From assembly GCF_018350175.1 (NCBI RefSeq), contig NC_058373.1, positions 114,950,001 to 115,014,000 of the forward strand: a DNA stretch of 64,000 nt, written 5' to 3'. This document shows, in pieces, positions 23,860-37,124 of this stretch; within the stretch, counting starts at the first letter, position 1; every line of letters begins with the position of its first letter. Position numbers and translations under genes: made by a program. The notes beneath the pieces were generated by a model. The model saw only the letters and a program-made list of their open reading frames with translations. It did no database searches and was not told the origin of the DNA. The stretch comes from Felis catus. Its lineage: Eukaryota.

Positions 23860-25375
23860 GGTACCAATCTTAATAGTTCGATGAATTTTGGCAAAGGTAA
23901 ACAAATGTACCTAACATTCCAGTCAAGATTTAGAACCTTTCCATCATCCTAAAAGAAATAACCTGGTGCCATTTTCTAGTTAATCCCTCCTGCCACTGTG
24001 TTTTCCCACTAACCCCATCTGCTAGGGGCAACCACTGTTGTGATTTCTTTTGCCAAGGCTTAGTTTGGCCTGCTTTTGAATTTCATATAAATAGACTCAG
24101 TAAGTAACTCTTGTGTAAGGCTTCTTTCATTCAAACATCAGGACATGTTTTTGAAATTCATTCAGGTTGCTGTATGTAGCGGTAGTTTATTCCTTTTTGT
24201 TACTGAGTTCCATCGTATGAATATATCATAGTTAGTTTATACATTCCCTTATCGATGGACATCTGATCCAGATTGTGCCTAGTATTGAGAAAGCATCTAC
24301 GAACATTCTTGCACAGGTTTTTTTGTGAACATTGTTATGTCTCCTGGAAAATACCCAAAGTGAAATTGTTGGTTTAACTTGATATGAGACTAACGGTTTT
24401 CCAAAGTGGTTGTACCATTTTATGGACCCACCAGCAACGCGTGAGTCTTCCAGTTGCTCCGTGTCTTTGCCATTACTTAGGTTTGTCAGCCTTTAATTTG
24501 AGCCATTTTAGTGGCTGTAAAGAGGTATCTTGTAATTTAGATTTGCGTTTTCCTGGTGACTAAAGATGTTGAGCACTCTTTCATGGGCTTATTGGACATC
24601 CGTATATCTTTGGTGAAGTGGCTGTTCAGTGTTTTACCCATTTTTTGTTGTGTGGGTTTTTTGTTTGCTTTTCCCTGTTACTGAGTTGTGGAAGTTCTTT
24701 ATCAGTATCTTAAGTTGGGTTCCCCAGAAAACAGACTCTGAGGAGGAGATTTGCACACAGGAAGTTTATTGGGGGACACTGTGGGGAATAACACCTGGGG
24801 AAGAACAAGCAGGATTAAGCAGATGGAGAAGTTGAACTGTTATTCGGTTATATTAGAGGTGTCAGCTCACCTTGCAGCAGGCTCTGAAGCTGGATGGCCC
24901 TTCAGAGATTTCCTGAATGGAGACAAGGAGACCTGGCTTTGTACCTCCCTCCATACAACCCAGTGGACTCGTCATGGGATATGGACTGCCCTGGGAGAGG
25001 TTCGTCAGTACCCTTTGTTCCAAGGTCAGGTCCTCACAGGGACTCAGCTGTCTCATCAGACTGCAACACTCCCCGTGGCTAGGGGAACAGGTGTCTCCAA
25101 CCTGAAAGAGGTTGATGTGGACAGTGTTCCCACAGCGTCTGTCACAGGTGTATGTATTGTAGCTATTTTCTTCCTGTATATAGCTTGTCTGTTCATTTTC
25201 TTAGTGGGTCAGCAAATGTCTTAAGTTCTGATGGGGAATTTTTTTGTGTCCTTGATAAGAAAATTTTGCCAACACCAAAACTGCACAGATATTCTTCCTT
25301 CTAAAAGTTTTTGAGTTCTAGATTTTATATTAAGGTATAATCCATCAGGAATTAATTTTTATGTATGATGTGAGC
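23860..25375 (-). mobile_element. Old antisense L1 interrupted by an ERVL/MaLR-type LTR (~24705-25147)
   Basis: L1 3' region (ttccaaagtggttgtaccatttta...cccaccagcaa). The insert begins with ttgggttccccagaaaacagactctgag...aagtttattgggg. Confidence 0.7.
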
Positions 25376-26064
25376 TGCCACCCAAGTAATTCTTGAGGGC
25401 GATCAGCTCTTTTTCTTTTAAGTACATCAGTTTCATATCTTCTCATCTTCCCTTAATTTGCACTACAGGGGCGTCTTTCATTTCCATTTCCCAGAGTCGA
25501 CCATGGTCAACGTCAAGATGCTGACAGGACAGTTTTCTTCCCCAAGCAATGTATTCGCTAGTTTGATCGTGGAGTTCTGAAAGCAAGTCCCTGAAATGAA
25601 ATGGTGTGCTCAGTGCAGTTCAGTTTACCATTATTTTTGTCCTTCCTTAGAAGTAAAACTTTACATTCATGAACGTTCTTTTAAAAACAAAGGTGACTTT
25701 TAAGAATTCGTTGGAGAAAATGAGAAGACTGACTCACATACCATGTCCCCTTCTACACAGAATAGAGCTGTTTTTCTGTCTTGTGTTCTCTGTGCTCTGA
25801 CAGTTTGTCTCAAATGAATGCTGTGATTAACAGTGCTTTGATGAGCTTAGTAACTTGTAAAGGACAAAAACTCTTAGAATAGCTCAGTATTAAGTATTAA
25901 AATAGTAACACCAGTTGTTTGGTGTCATTTTTCCAAAATGCTTCAGTCACTTTCTCCTGTTGCCTCCTATATGAGACATGTACACCTGTTCTTATTTTAC
26001 AGAAAAGCTGAGGTACTGAATTAGGAACCAGTTTGGACATGGGGCCATTTTCTGCCTCCCAAGC

Positions 26065-26080
26065 CAGTGCCCCCTACTGC
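26065..26080 (-). promoter_or_regulatory. Candidate CTCF motif in intron 1
   Basis: Minus strand GCAGTAGGGGGCACTG, close to the CTCF core consensus, in apparently unique sequence. Confidence 0.4.
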
Positions 26081-27154
26081 TGGATGCATTCAGAATGCTG
26101 TATCTATAAGTAGCTAGTAACGGCCATCCTGAATGTAGGAAGGACCCACCTGGCCTGTGTGCTGGGAAGCAGGGGGTTTCCTCTCTTGCTACATAGCAGG
26201 TATTAGCAGGTGCTGACATTGCAACTGTAGTTTCCCTGTTTTCACTGGAGACACAACGAGATCTAGATTCCTTCCTTCCTCCCAAACAAGGAAGGAGCCT
26301 TAATGCTTCAACCAGCCTTTCAACTAAGAACCCATTTCCCCACAGACACAGTATGTATACGTCTGTACGTACATATGTTTGTCCCCCTAGCCTCAGAGTC
26401 ACAGGTTTAGTAGGAGAACAGAGATAACGCAGTCGGTTATTTATCTTCACCTCATAAAGGAAACTAAAACAGAAAAGTGAAGCATGTACATGACACACCC
26501 CTGATTATTAAAACATTTTCATAAACAACATACACAACTACCCCCTTTTAGTTTTTTAAATCATTTTTCATACTGCTAAGACTCCAGGAAGCCATATAGG
26601 GCACACCACTGCTTCAAGACACTTTGAAATGTAATCTTACATATCTTGTATGTTGGGAGGCAATCTCTCAAAGAAAATTGGGTGGAAAGAAAAAAATCGA
26701 GATTAGGTTGGATTAAAACTGTAGATCATTTATGGCATTGATTGTGATGATGGTTTCACAGGTATATGCGTATCTCCATACACATCAAGTTGTATACATT
26801 AAATATCTACAGCTTTTGGTATTTGAGTCATATCTCAGTGAAGCAGTTTTGAAAGAAAATCCATAGAACATTTTAGTACCGAATTAATTAAGCACATTTT
26901 TTTCATCGTACTTCGTGTTCATTGCAGCTCAATTATGAATACGTTTCACAAATTGTATGTTACATATTATGTTTATAAAGTATAAAGTCAAAAATTTGTT
27001 AATGTTTAATTTATACTTAACTCGACTTATGTATACTTGCATTACAAATATGAGATTATCGTTGCATATTGTCTGCCATCAGCTTTTTCCTCATGGCAGT
27101 GCATCATGGGTTTCTATATCCATGAATAGAATCATAGTGGGGGGGTTTATTTTG

Positions 27155-27360
27155 GTTTTTTTTTTTTATTTAATTTTTGAGAGACAGAGACAGAGCGTAA
27201 GTGGGAGAAGAGCAGAGAGAGAGGGAGACACAGAATCCGAAGCAGGCTCCAGGCTCTGAGCTGTCAGCACAGAGCCCGATGGGGGCTCGAACCCATGAGC
27301 CACGAGATCACGACCTGACCCAAAGGCAGACGCTTAACTGACTGAGCTACCCAGGCACCC
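27155..27360 (-). mobile_element. CAN SINE ending 34 nt upstream of SLC39A9 exon 2
   Basis: Antisense body ending ...gagctacccaggcaccc at 27360. Confidence 0.9.
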
Positions 27361-27394
27361 CTCTTTTCAACAGTTTCTTATGTTTTCTTTCCAG

Positions 27395-27503
27395 GAGCGA
27401 CTAAAGCTGGTGACTGTTCTGGGTGCTGGTCTTCTCTGTGGAACTGCGCTGGCGGTCATCGTGCCTGAAGGAGTACATGCACTTTATGAAGATATTCTTG
27501 AGG
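27395..27503 (+). CDS. SLC39A9: SLC39A9 exon 2 (109 nt)
   Basis: ttttctttccag|GAGCGA...GAGG|gtgaga; [36 protein letters not shown]. Confidence 0.96.
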
Positions 27504-27689
27504 GTGAGAGAGAGAGAAGAGGGCCTTCTTTGAGAGATGTTGTTGACGTGGAGAGTTGAAAGGAGAAGCCTAGTGGGGTTTTTTTTCCTGAACATAGTTC
27601 ATATTTGCCATACAATTCTACCCTGAGAAGAATTCTTAAAACTTCTCTTCTGACATCTTTGACATTGAACACACCCTTAGCAGTTTGTG

Positions 27690-27966
27690 AATTGGATGCC
27701 CCAATGGCTAATGATGTTAAACACTTTTTCATATGCTTGTTTATCTTTATTATGTGTTCTTTATGATTCAAATTTTTGCCTATTTTTTAAATTGTGTTTT
27801 CTGGGGTGCCTGGGTAGCTGAGTCAGTTGAGTGTCTAAGACTCTTGATTTTGGCTCAGGTCATGATCCCAGGGTCATGGGATCGAGCCATGCTTTGGGCC
27901 CTGCACTGAGCTTGGAGCCTGCTTAAGATTCTTTTCTCTTTCCCTCTGCCCCTCTACCTGCTCCTA

Positions 27967-28026
<60 letters not shown>

Positions 28027-31000
28027 CTCTGTCTCTAATTAATTAATTAATTTTCTTATTATTGATTTTTGAGAGTTCTTTATATATTCTAGACACAAGT
28101 TGTTATTTTTTTGTTTTTTTGCTTTTTTAAGTAAGCCCTAGGCCCAATGTGGGGCTCAAACTCACGACCCCAAGATGAAAGAGTCACATGTTCTACTGAC
28201 TGAGCTACCAGGCATTCCCTGGATACAAGTCTTTTATCAGATAGGTGATCTGCAAATATTTTCTCCTACTCATTGGCTTATTTTTTCATTCTGTTAACAG
28301 TATCATTCACAGAGTAGTTTCTAATTTTGATGAAGTCCAATTTATCAATTCCTTCTTTCATGAATTATGCTTTGGAGTCATATCTAAAATCCCTTTGCTA
28401 AACCCAAGTTCACAAAGATTTTTTCTTTGGTTTTCTTCTAGAAGTTTTATAATTTTAGGTTTTAACTTAGATCCATGATCCATTTTGAGTTAATTTTGAA
28501 TATGGTGTGAAGGTTTATTTTTTTGGATATGGATGGATGTCCAGTAGTTCCAACACCATTTGTTGAAAAGATTATTCCTTCTCTATTGAATTGTCTTTGC
28601 AGCTTTGTCAAAAATCAATTGACCGCACTTGTGTTGGTCTATTTTTGTACTCTCTATTTTGTTCAATTGATCTACCTGTCTTTCCTTTGCCAATACAGCA
28701 TTGTCTTGATGACTATAACTTTATAGCAAATCTTGACATCAGATAGTGGAGTCCTTCTAACTTTGTTCTTATTTTTCAGAATTGTTTTGGTTAAACTAGT
28801 TCCTTTGCCTTTCTAAATAATTTTAGAATCAGCTTGTCAGTATCTACAAAATATGGTGAGACTCTGATTGAGTTGAATCTAAGCTTAATTTGGGGAGAAT
28901 TGACATCTTAAAAATACTGTATTTTCCAATTCATGAATACAGTATAGATCTCCATATTTTTTTAGGCCTTTGATTTCTTTCATCAGTGTTACAGTTTTTT
29001 GTTTTTGTTTTTGTTTTTATTTTTTTAACATTTTATTCATTTTTGAGAGAGAGAGAGAGAGAGAGAAAGTGTGAGCAGGGTAGGGGCAGAGAGAGAGGGA
29101 GACACAGAATCCAAAACAGACTCCAGGCTCCAAGCTGTCAGCACAGAGCCTGATGCAGGGCTCATATTCCCAAACTGCAAGATCATGACCTGAGCTGAAG
29201 TCGGCCGCTTAACCAACTGAGCCACCCAGGTGCCCGTTTTTGTTTTATTTTTTTTATTTTTTTTTAATGTTTATTTTTGAAAGAGAGAGAGAGAGAGAGA
29301 AGCAGAGTGTGAGTGGGGGAGGTTCAGAGAGAGAGGGAGACACAGAACTCGAAGCAGGCTCCAGGTTGTCAGCACAGAGACCGATGCGGGGCTCGAACTG
29401 AGATCACGACCCGAGCTGAAGTCGGACACTTAGCCAACAGAGCCACACAGGTGCCCCTGTTTTGTATGTTTTTTTTGTTTTGTTTTTTTGTTTTTGTTTT
29501 TGGGGTCTTTTTTTGGGGGGGGGTTGTTTGTTTTTTAAGTAATCTCTACACCCAGCATGGAGCTCGAACTCAAAGCCCTGAGATCAAGAATTGCATGCTC
29601 CACCAACGAGCCAGCCAGGTACCCCCAGTATTGTGGTTTTTAGCATACAGATCTGCAGGTACTTTGTTAGATTTATACCTCAGTAATTCATGTTTTTAGT
29701 ATGATTGTAAATGGTACCTTAAAAATATTTTGATTTCCAGTATTCTAGTATATAGAAATTTGCTAAACCTAACTTGTTATAGGAGTTTTTTTGTAGATTC
29801 TTTGGGATTTGCTAAACAATCGCATCGTCTATGAATAGAGACAGTTTATTGTTTTTCTTTCCAGAAACACTTTAATGTTTATCTTTCCAATAGTCTTTTA
29901 AAATTTTTTTTCCTTTTCTTATTGCACTGGCTAGACTATCTAGTATGAGGTTTACTAGCAATGAAAGTAGTCAGCCTTGCCTTATTCTCATTCAGTCTTT
30001 CACCATTAAGTATAGTGATAGTTTGGGGTGCCTGGGTGGCTCAGTCAGTTGAGCGTCCGACTTCAGCTCAGGCCATGATCTCACACTCCGTGAGCTTGAG
30101 CCCTGCATCAGGCTTTGTGCTGACAGCTCAGATCCTGGAGCCCACTTCAGATTCTGTGCCTCCCCCTCTCTCTGCCCCTCCCCTGCTTATGCTCTGTCTC
30201 TCTCTGTCTCAAAAATAAATTAAAAAATACTAAAAAAAATTTTTTTTTAAAGTATAGTGTTAGCTATAGGTTTTTTTAAAGACTTCCTTTTCAAGTTAAG
30301 AAAGTTTCTCCTTTGGGGGCACCTGGGTGGCTCGGTTGAACGCCCCACTTTGGGTCAGGTCATGATCTCACAGTTCATGAGTTCGAGCCCCACGTCGGGC
30401 TCTGCGCAACAGCTCAGAGCCTGCAGCCTGCTTCAGATTCTGTGTCTCCCTCTCTCTCTGCCCCTCTCCCGCTTGTGCTGTCTCTCAAAAATGAATAAAT
30501 GTTAAAAAAAAAAAAAGAAAGTTTCTCCTTTTATTCCTAGTTTGTTTCAAGTGTTTATCTAGTCTCTTAATGTGGTGAATTACAGTGATATTCAAATGTT
30601 GAACTAGACTTGTGTATACCACCCCCTTGATTGTTAGTAGATTATCATCACTGGATTCAATCTGCTGATACCTTGTTGAGGGTATCTGTATCTTTGTTCA
30701 GGAGGACTATTGGCCTGTGGTTTTTCTTTCTTAAAATGTCTTTGTATTGGTTTGTTGTCAGAGTAACGCTGGTCTCTTAGGGTTGGAAAGTGTTGCCTCT
30801 TCTGCATTTTGGAAGTCTGTAAAAAGCAAAAAATATTTCTTTCTTAAATGTTTGCTAGAATTTACCAGTGATACCATCTAGGCCTAGAGTTTTCTACTTC
30901 GGAAGGTTTTTAGCTATGAATTCAGTTTATTTAATAGTCATAAGACCATTCAAATTACCCATTTTTTTCTAAGTTAAAGAATTAGTCAGAGGCGCCTGGG

Positions 31001-32200
31001 TGGCTCAGTCGGTTGAGCGTCCGACTTCGGCTCAGGTCATGATCTCGCGGTCCGTGGGTTCGAGCCCCTCATCGGGCTCTGTGCTGACAGCTTGGAGCCT
31101 GGAGCCTGCTTCGGATTCTGTGTCTCCCTCTCTCTGCCCCTCCCCCACTCATGCTCTGTCTCTCTCTCTCTCTGTCAAAAATAAATAAACATTAAAAAAA
31201 TTTTTAAAAATTACTCATAGTTGTTCATAGTAACCTTTTTTTCTAATGTCTTCATTAAATTTTTTTGCCCCAAAGAACCATGTTTGATTTCATTTTTTTT
31301 CTGCTTTATATTTTGTTGATTTCTGTTTTGCCTTATACATATTAAAGCTTTTTGGTCAGGTACCTACTACACATTTAGGATTACTAGGTCTTATTGGTGA
31401 GCTGACCTTTTTTCATTATTATGTCCCTATTTATTCCTGATAAATATTTCTTGTTCTCAAGTCTGCGTTATTTGATATTAACATAGCCACTCCAGCCACG
31501 TTCCTTTTGAGTAGTGTTTACGTGGTATATCTTTTTTCATCCTTTTACTTTTAACGTATATCATTCACTGTTTTTAAGTTGGATTTATTGTAAACAGCAT
31601 ATAGTTGAATTATATTTTTTAAAATCTGACTTGACAATTTCTCTGTCTTCTAGTTGGTGTATTTAGACCAGGGGTCAGCAAACTTTTTCTGTAATGGGTC
31701 AGACAGTAAATATTTCAGACTTTGTGAGTCATGTGGTCTCTATTGATACTATTGAATTCTGCCATTGTAATCAAAGGTACTGATTCTTTCCTTTGTGATC
31801 ACCACTCTTCTGCTGAGCCATCCAGTGAACGTACTGTTTCAAATATTATATTTGTCAGTTTTAAGATTTCTACTTGGTTTCTTTTTATAGTTTCTATTTC
31901 TTCAAATGACATTCATTCATTTGAAGTGTTTTTTTACCTTTACCAATGAAAGCGTAGTTATAATAGCTGCTTTAAAGTCTTAAGTATTCCAGTATCTGAG
32001 TTGTCTTGGGGTGGGTTGATTGTTTTTTCCCTTCATAATTGGTGAAATTTTTCTGTTTCTTTGTATGTCAAACAAGTTTGGGTTGTATTCTAGACATTTT
32101 TAATAATATATTTTGGGACTTTGAGTCCTTTCAAAATCCTCTAGAGAATGTGTAATTCTTTTGTTTTAGCAGTCACTTAGCCTGGTTGGTTTCAGACTGT
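27690..32200 (-). mobile_element. Long degraded antisense L1, interrupted by about 8 SINEs and a MER58-like element (~31669-31780)
   Basis: L1 ORF2-derived antisense sequence (ccaacaccatttgttgaaaag; ttggggagaattgacatct). SINEs at ~27803, 28100, 29000, 29240, 29480, 30024, 30314 and 30989. Confidence 0.75.
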
Positions 32201-32924
32201 GAAACCAGTGGTGCCTTTTTAGGTGATGGTTTTAATTTTAGTTCAGTTTTCAAAGCCTTTGTAATGCTGCTTTGGGTATGTCCCATCCCTGCAGAGCTCA
32301 GGGGTGAGTCTAGGGCTTGTGCCTTTATACACACTGTGAAGGGAACCCTTCTTAGCTCTTTCCTCTCCCGGATTCCTCTCACACTCCCTGGCTTCCAGGG
32401 GCCCATTTACTTCATTCTCTGGCCAGAAAGATGGAGTTTTTCTAGGAGTTTTAGCTGCCTCTGCTGTCACTGCACACTTCTGTGTAACTTGGGACACCTT
32501 CAGGCCAAAGTGGCAGGAGAAAAAAGAGAACAGAATAGCCAAATATCACCCCCCCCCCCCCCATGCTCTTCAGACCACTCCTGCCAGAAAGATGTGGTTT
32601 TTCTGGGGCTTGTAACTACCTGGGTTGCTGCCATGCTGTTCTGCAACTGGGACCACCTTCAAGGTAGGGCTGGGAAAGAAAAACGAGGGGTGGTTTCCCT
32701 CCGTACCAACACCTCTCAGCAGCCCCTTTCCCTGGTCCTCTGGCCAGAAGGACAAGGTTTCTTTTGAAGTTTTTGCTGCCCTCTCTCCTCTCGCTATTGT
32801 TTACATTTGTTAGTCCTTAGGTAGTTGTTCTTTGTGTGTTTTGTTCCATTTTTGTAGTAATCATTGTGCAACTGAGGCTATAATAGGTTTACTCCATCTT
32901 AGCCGGCTCCAGAAGTCCCTGTCA

Positions 32925-33140
32925 TTTTTTTTAAATTTTTATTTTAGTGTATTTATGAGGCAGAGACAGAGCATGAGTGGGGGAGGGGCAGAGAGAGAAG
33001 GAGGCACAGAATCCCCAAGCAGGCCCCAGGCTCCGAGGCGTCAGCACAGAGCCCAATGCGGGACTCGAACTCACGAAGTGTGAGATCATGACCTGAGCCG
33101 AAGTCAGACGCTTAGCCGACTGAGCCACCCAGGTGCCACC
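32925..33140 (-). mobile_element. CAN SINE
   Basis: Antisense SINE body. Confidence 0.85.
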
Positions 33141-34209
33141 CCCATCATTCTTTTTAAAAAGTAAAATATTAATACCCGATTCTGTGAACATTTCTTGAAG
33201 TAGCTTAACCATCATACTAACTTCAAACTTTTAATCTCCAAATTTCCCACATCTCTCTGCACTCTGGTGAGCTTGCTCACATTGCTTTATTTTCTGCTAC
33301 TTTATCATTTTCTTCCCCCACCCTTTTCCTCTTTTTCTTTTTGTAGATCAAATCAACTTTTCTCCCAACTTCAAGAAAGGAGTTTGTGTACATGTTTACC
33401 ACAGCCTATAGTTTAGTTCTTCTGTGGACCTTATAATTATGATAATTAACAGATATTTTTTCAGAGCTCAGTGTACTGTGTTAACCAAGTGCCAGGGTAC
33501 TTTAATAAGCATTATTAAATACTAATTAATGTAAAAAGGAATCTCTCACATATTTTTCTATAATTATAGCTCTAAAATCACTGGAATTAGATCAGCATTC
33601 ATATGAGAAGACTGTCTTTCTACAGAAACAAGTTTTAAGAAGATGGTTTATGGAGGACTTCAGTGCTTGCTTACTGTGGGGCTAGATTTGAAGCCACCGT
33701 AATTTTTTGGAACATGAGAATTGGTACATTGAGGAAGGCAGGCTATGGGGTCAAAAACCTAAATATAAACCTGATACATTATTCATAACTGTTAGGATAG
33801 TCATTGGAACTGTTACCAGAAATGGCTCAATATAGATTATTTTACTAATTTGTCAGTGAATGCCACATACCAGATTTTTTAGAGAAATACAGTCATCTTA
33901 TGGTTTTGTCATTTTGCTCTACGTTTAAATAAAAGGAAGGTAAATCTGTTCTATTTAATTAACTCTTGTTCTGTCTCTTTAAAACTCTTAAACTTTATCC
34001 TCAGGATTCTGAAACATGGATGATTGTGGACTGATATCTGTCTCTTCTACTTCTTAGTTTGTCTGCTAAAGTGTCTGATCTCTACTTTTTCTCCCTCCCT
34101 GCCCCCACATTGTTTTATTACTCACTATTGTTTCTGACCAATATTCAGGTCAACTATGTAACATAAAATGTTTAAAAATGAATCTCCCAAATTCCATTTG
34201 ATATATACC

Positions 34210-34431
34210 TATGTTCCTGGATATTTACTGAGCACTTAGCATATGCCAGGTGTTATGTGAAGCTCTTCAGATATATTGTCTAATTATCACAACAACCCTC
34301 TGAGACAGATGCTGTTTTGCAAACGAGGACATTAAGCCACAAGGGAATTGAACGACTTGTCCAGGGTATTCAGCCAGTAAGTGTCAGGATCAGGATTTGA
34401 ACACAGACAGTCTTTACTCTGAACCCTACAC
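34210..34431. mobile_element. MIR fragment (host of the RPL36A retrocopy)
   Basis: atttactgagcactta..tgccagg...cacaacaaccctctgag...caggatttgaacacagacagtct. Confidence 0.7.
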
Positions 34432-34936
34432 TTTTTTTTTTTTTTTTAGCATAAATTTCCCCACAGGGAGAATTTAACTGATGGCACTAGTTTACTTTCC
34501 TCTTAAAAGGCTAATTGCAACCAAATGAAGTGAATGTAACCTCATGATTTGATTCTCTTAATAATATAACAAAATATGAAGCTTAGAACTGGACCGCATG
34601 GCCCTTTCTCTTTGAATCGCCTCCCAGTTCGGAATGCTTGCCTCTCGTAACAGCCCGCATTTTCTTAGATCTGCAGTTGGACTCAACACATCCAAGCCTC
34701 TGCACAAGCTTCTTTGTACTTTTACCCTTTTTCCAGAAAATCGGCTTAGTCTGCCCACCATAGCCACTCTGCTTCCTGTCATAATGCCACTTGCCCTGGG
34801 CATAAAGAGAACCTTTGCCTTTCTTGTACTGTGTCACTTTGTGGGGTTAGTGCCTGCCGCACCTCTTGCAGCAAGTCCAGCGTGTTTTGGGAAAGTTCAC
34901 CGTGTTTGCAAGAGCACTATCAGCATGGGAAAAAAA
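34432..34936 (-). pseudogene. RPL36A: Processed pseudogene of ribosomal protein L36a (eL42) in SLC39A9 intron 2
   Basis: CDS-equivalent 34903-34583 is 321 nt and intronless: (ACG)[54 protein letters not shown]...KRKGHAVQF*. Start ATG is mutated to ACG and there is a TAA at codon 19. Pyrimidine-rich 5' end, 3' UTR and poly(A) (T16 at 34432-34447). Confidence 0.93.
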
Positions 34937-35072
34937 TTAGGCCTACCCCCTTAATGATGATGCTGTGCTACATGGAGTACATCGCGAGGAATTTAAAATC
35001 ACCATTGCAGCGTTTATCTGCTGAAGAGTTCTTACAAAAAGAGATTTTTTTCCTTTTAAAAGCACAGTAATG

Positions 35073-35298
35073 TTTTTTTTTTTAATTTTTTTTTCCAACG
35101 TTTATTTATTTTTGGGACAGAGAGAGACAGAGCATGAACGGGGGAGGGGCAGAGAGAGAGGGAGACACAGAATCCGAAACAGGCTCCAGGCTCTGAGCCA
35201 TCAGCCCAGAGCCTGACGCGGGGCTCGAACTCACGGACCGCGAGATCGTGATCTGGCTGAAGTCGGACGCTTAACCGACTGCGCCACCCAGGCGCCCC
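35073..35298 (-). mobile_element. Young SINEC_Fc-like SINE
   Basis: Near-consensus and CpG-rich; TSD gcacagtaat. Confidence 0.92.
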
Positions 35299-36399
35299 AT
35301 GCACAGTAATATTTTGACCAAAGATACGTTAACTAACATCGCTTTAAAGCGTCAGCTTTATACATTTGATTGTGATCAAGTTTTCTCTTTTACATGAGAA
35401 ACAGAACATGTCACCAATAAGCAGAAGCTATTCTGCCCTTATTACTGAAAACACATCAGGTGTAATAACTATTTGTCTTTGCCAGAAATAAAAAACTATA
35501 TAATAGAGATCTATAAATATTGCAAGGCATGAGTAAATGTTAGGAAATTAAAAACAACAAAGGCCAAAATGAAAACTGGAGATCACTTCAAAAAAAAAAA
35601 GCCAGATTACCTGAAAATTTGTTTCTTTTATAGAAGTACATATTAATCTGAAGGAGGAGCTTCAACCAATCTCCTTAAAGGGTGAATTGATTCTGTTACC
35701 TTTAATGCAATGAATGTCTGTGACAAAGGATGGCTACAGACTACACATCATACAGATGGAACTTACTGGAAAGATTCCTATATAAATATCTAGAGAAAGA
35801 AGCCCATAATGATTTGCAGAACACTTTCTTAGTGGCGTGAGAAATATGTGTCTGATGTGCAATATGCAGGGATAACACCATTGGTTTGCGTACTTTGCAG
35901 CAAGGAGTGTGATGTGGAACAAGTCTCAGGCTAATCAATTACCAGCCGGTGTCCTGAGTAATCAGACATACTAACCTGAAAGCTCATTCATGAATAACAT
36001 ATATATACAACTTAATATATTTTAATTAGGTTAAAATTAAACTATTTTGAGATCCCAGTTTTTGTTAGGTTCAGTTTCATGTCCAGAGTAGAAGGAAGAA
36101 TGAGTGTATTAATATTCAGTATCTGGATTCCATTACTAATTTGTGTATGTACCAATAAGGTGATTATCATTCACTTTGAAAAGGGTTTATGAAAAAGGTT
36201 GTTTTTTGGTTAATGTTTGCAAATAAAACCAATAATGCCTACCATTGTATATATTCCAATTCATGTTTTTATATAAAGCTAAATTCCATGTGAATGATAA
36301 GCATTCAGATCTTTTATGAGAAGCTCAATCAATAGCACATTTATTTCAAGCAATATTTACTATATGTTGCTGATATTTTACTAATTTGCTAAATTTTTA

Positions 36400-36630
36400 C
36401 ATCAAAATAAGTATTAACCCCTTCAAAATTATAACCATGAAATTAGGTGCTTATAAAAGTGATTGCTCAAAAAATGTTGGAAATCTTTCTCTAATTTACT
36501 TCCAGAGTGTGTGGCACGTTTAGATGAGTATCATCAGCGGCAGCAAGATTTTCCTTGAAAGTTGTTTTGGTTTGGGGAAATACAAAATGTATTCAATGCC
36601 AATCTGCACAATAAGATAGCTGATCAATTT
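36400..36630. mobile_element. Ancient mariner-derived (MARNA-like) fragment
   Basis: ccttcaaa...attgctcaaaaaatgttggaaatc...ttccagagtgtgtggcacgttt...gccaatctgcacaataagatagctgatcaa resembles the remembered consensus. Confidence 0.5.
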
Positions 36631-36754
36631 ATTCATTACTATTTTATATCAAAAACAGGTGATAACTATAAAGACAGTTTTATTAGGATTCATAAACTTG
36701 ACTCTTAAGCAGTAACAAAAGAAAAGTTCCAAAATTATTTTAAGAAAGCATTGT

Positions 36755-37079
36755 TGGCATCTTACACTTGTCAAAATGGCTAGAATCAAAAAGATAATCA
36801 AAAGACAATGTTGGTGAGGATGTGGAGAAAAAGGAGCCCTCGTATACTGTTGGTAGGAATGTAAATTGGTGCAGCCACTATGGAAAACAGTATGGAGGTT
36901 ACTTGAAAAATTAAAAATAGGAATACTGTATGATCTAGTAATTCTACTACTGGGTATTGACCTAAAGAAAACTAAATCAAAAAGATACATGCACCCTTAT
37001 GGTTATTGCAGCATTATTTACAATAGCCAAGATATGGAAACAACCCAAGTGTCTATTGATAGATGAATGGATAAAGAAG

Positions 37080-37124
<45 letters not shown>

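Noticed and set aside
24751..25224. 157-aa ORF
   Set aside because: Lies across an LTR/L1 relic; no recognisable protein or splice context.
32186..32767. 193-aa ORF
   Set aside because: Non-ATG start, in degraded repeat-like sequence, no recognisable domain.
34583..34837. 84-aa RPL36A-like ORF as a functional retrogene
   Set aside because: It starts at an internal GTG; the true start is ACG, there is an upstream stop, and many conserved residues are changed.
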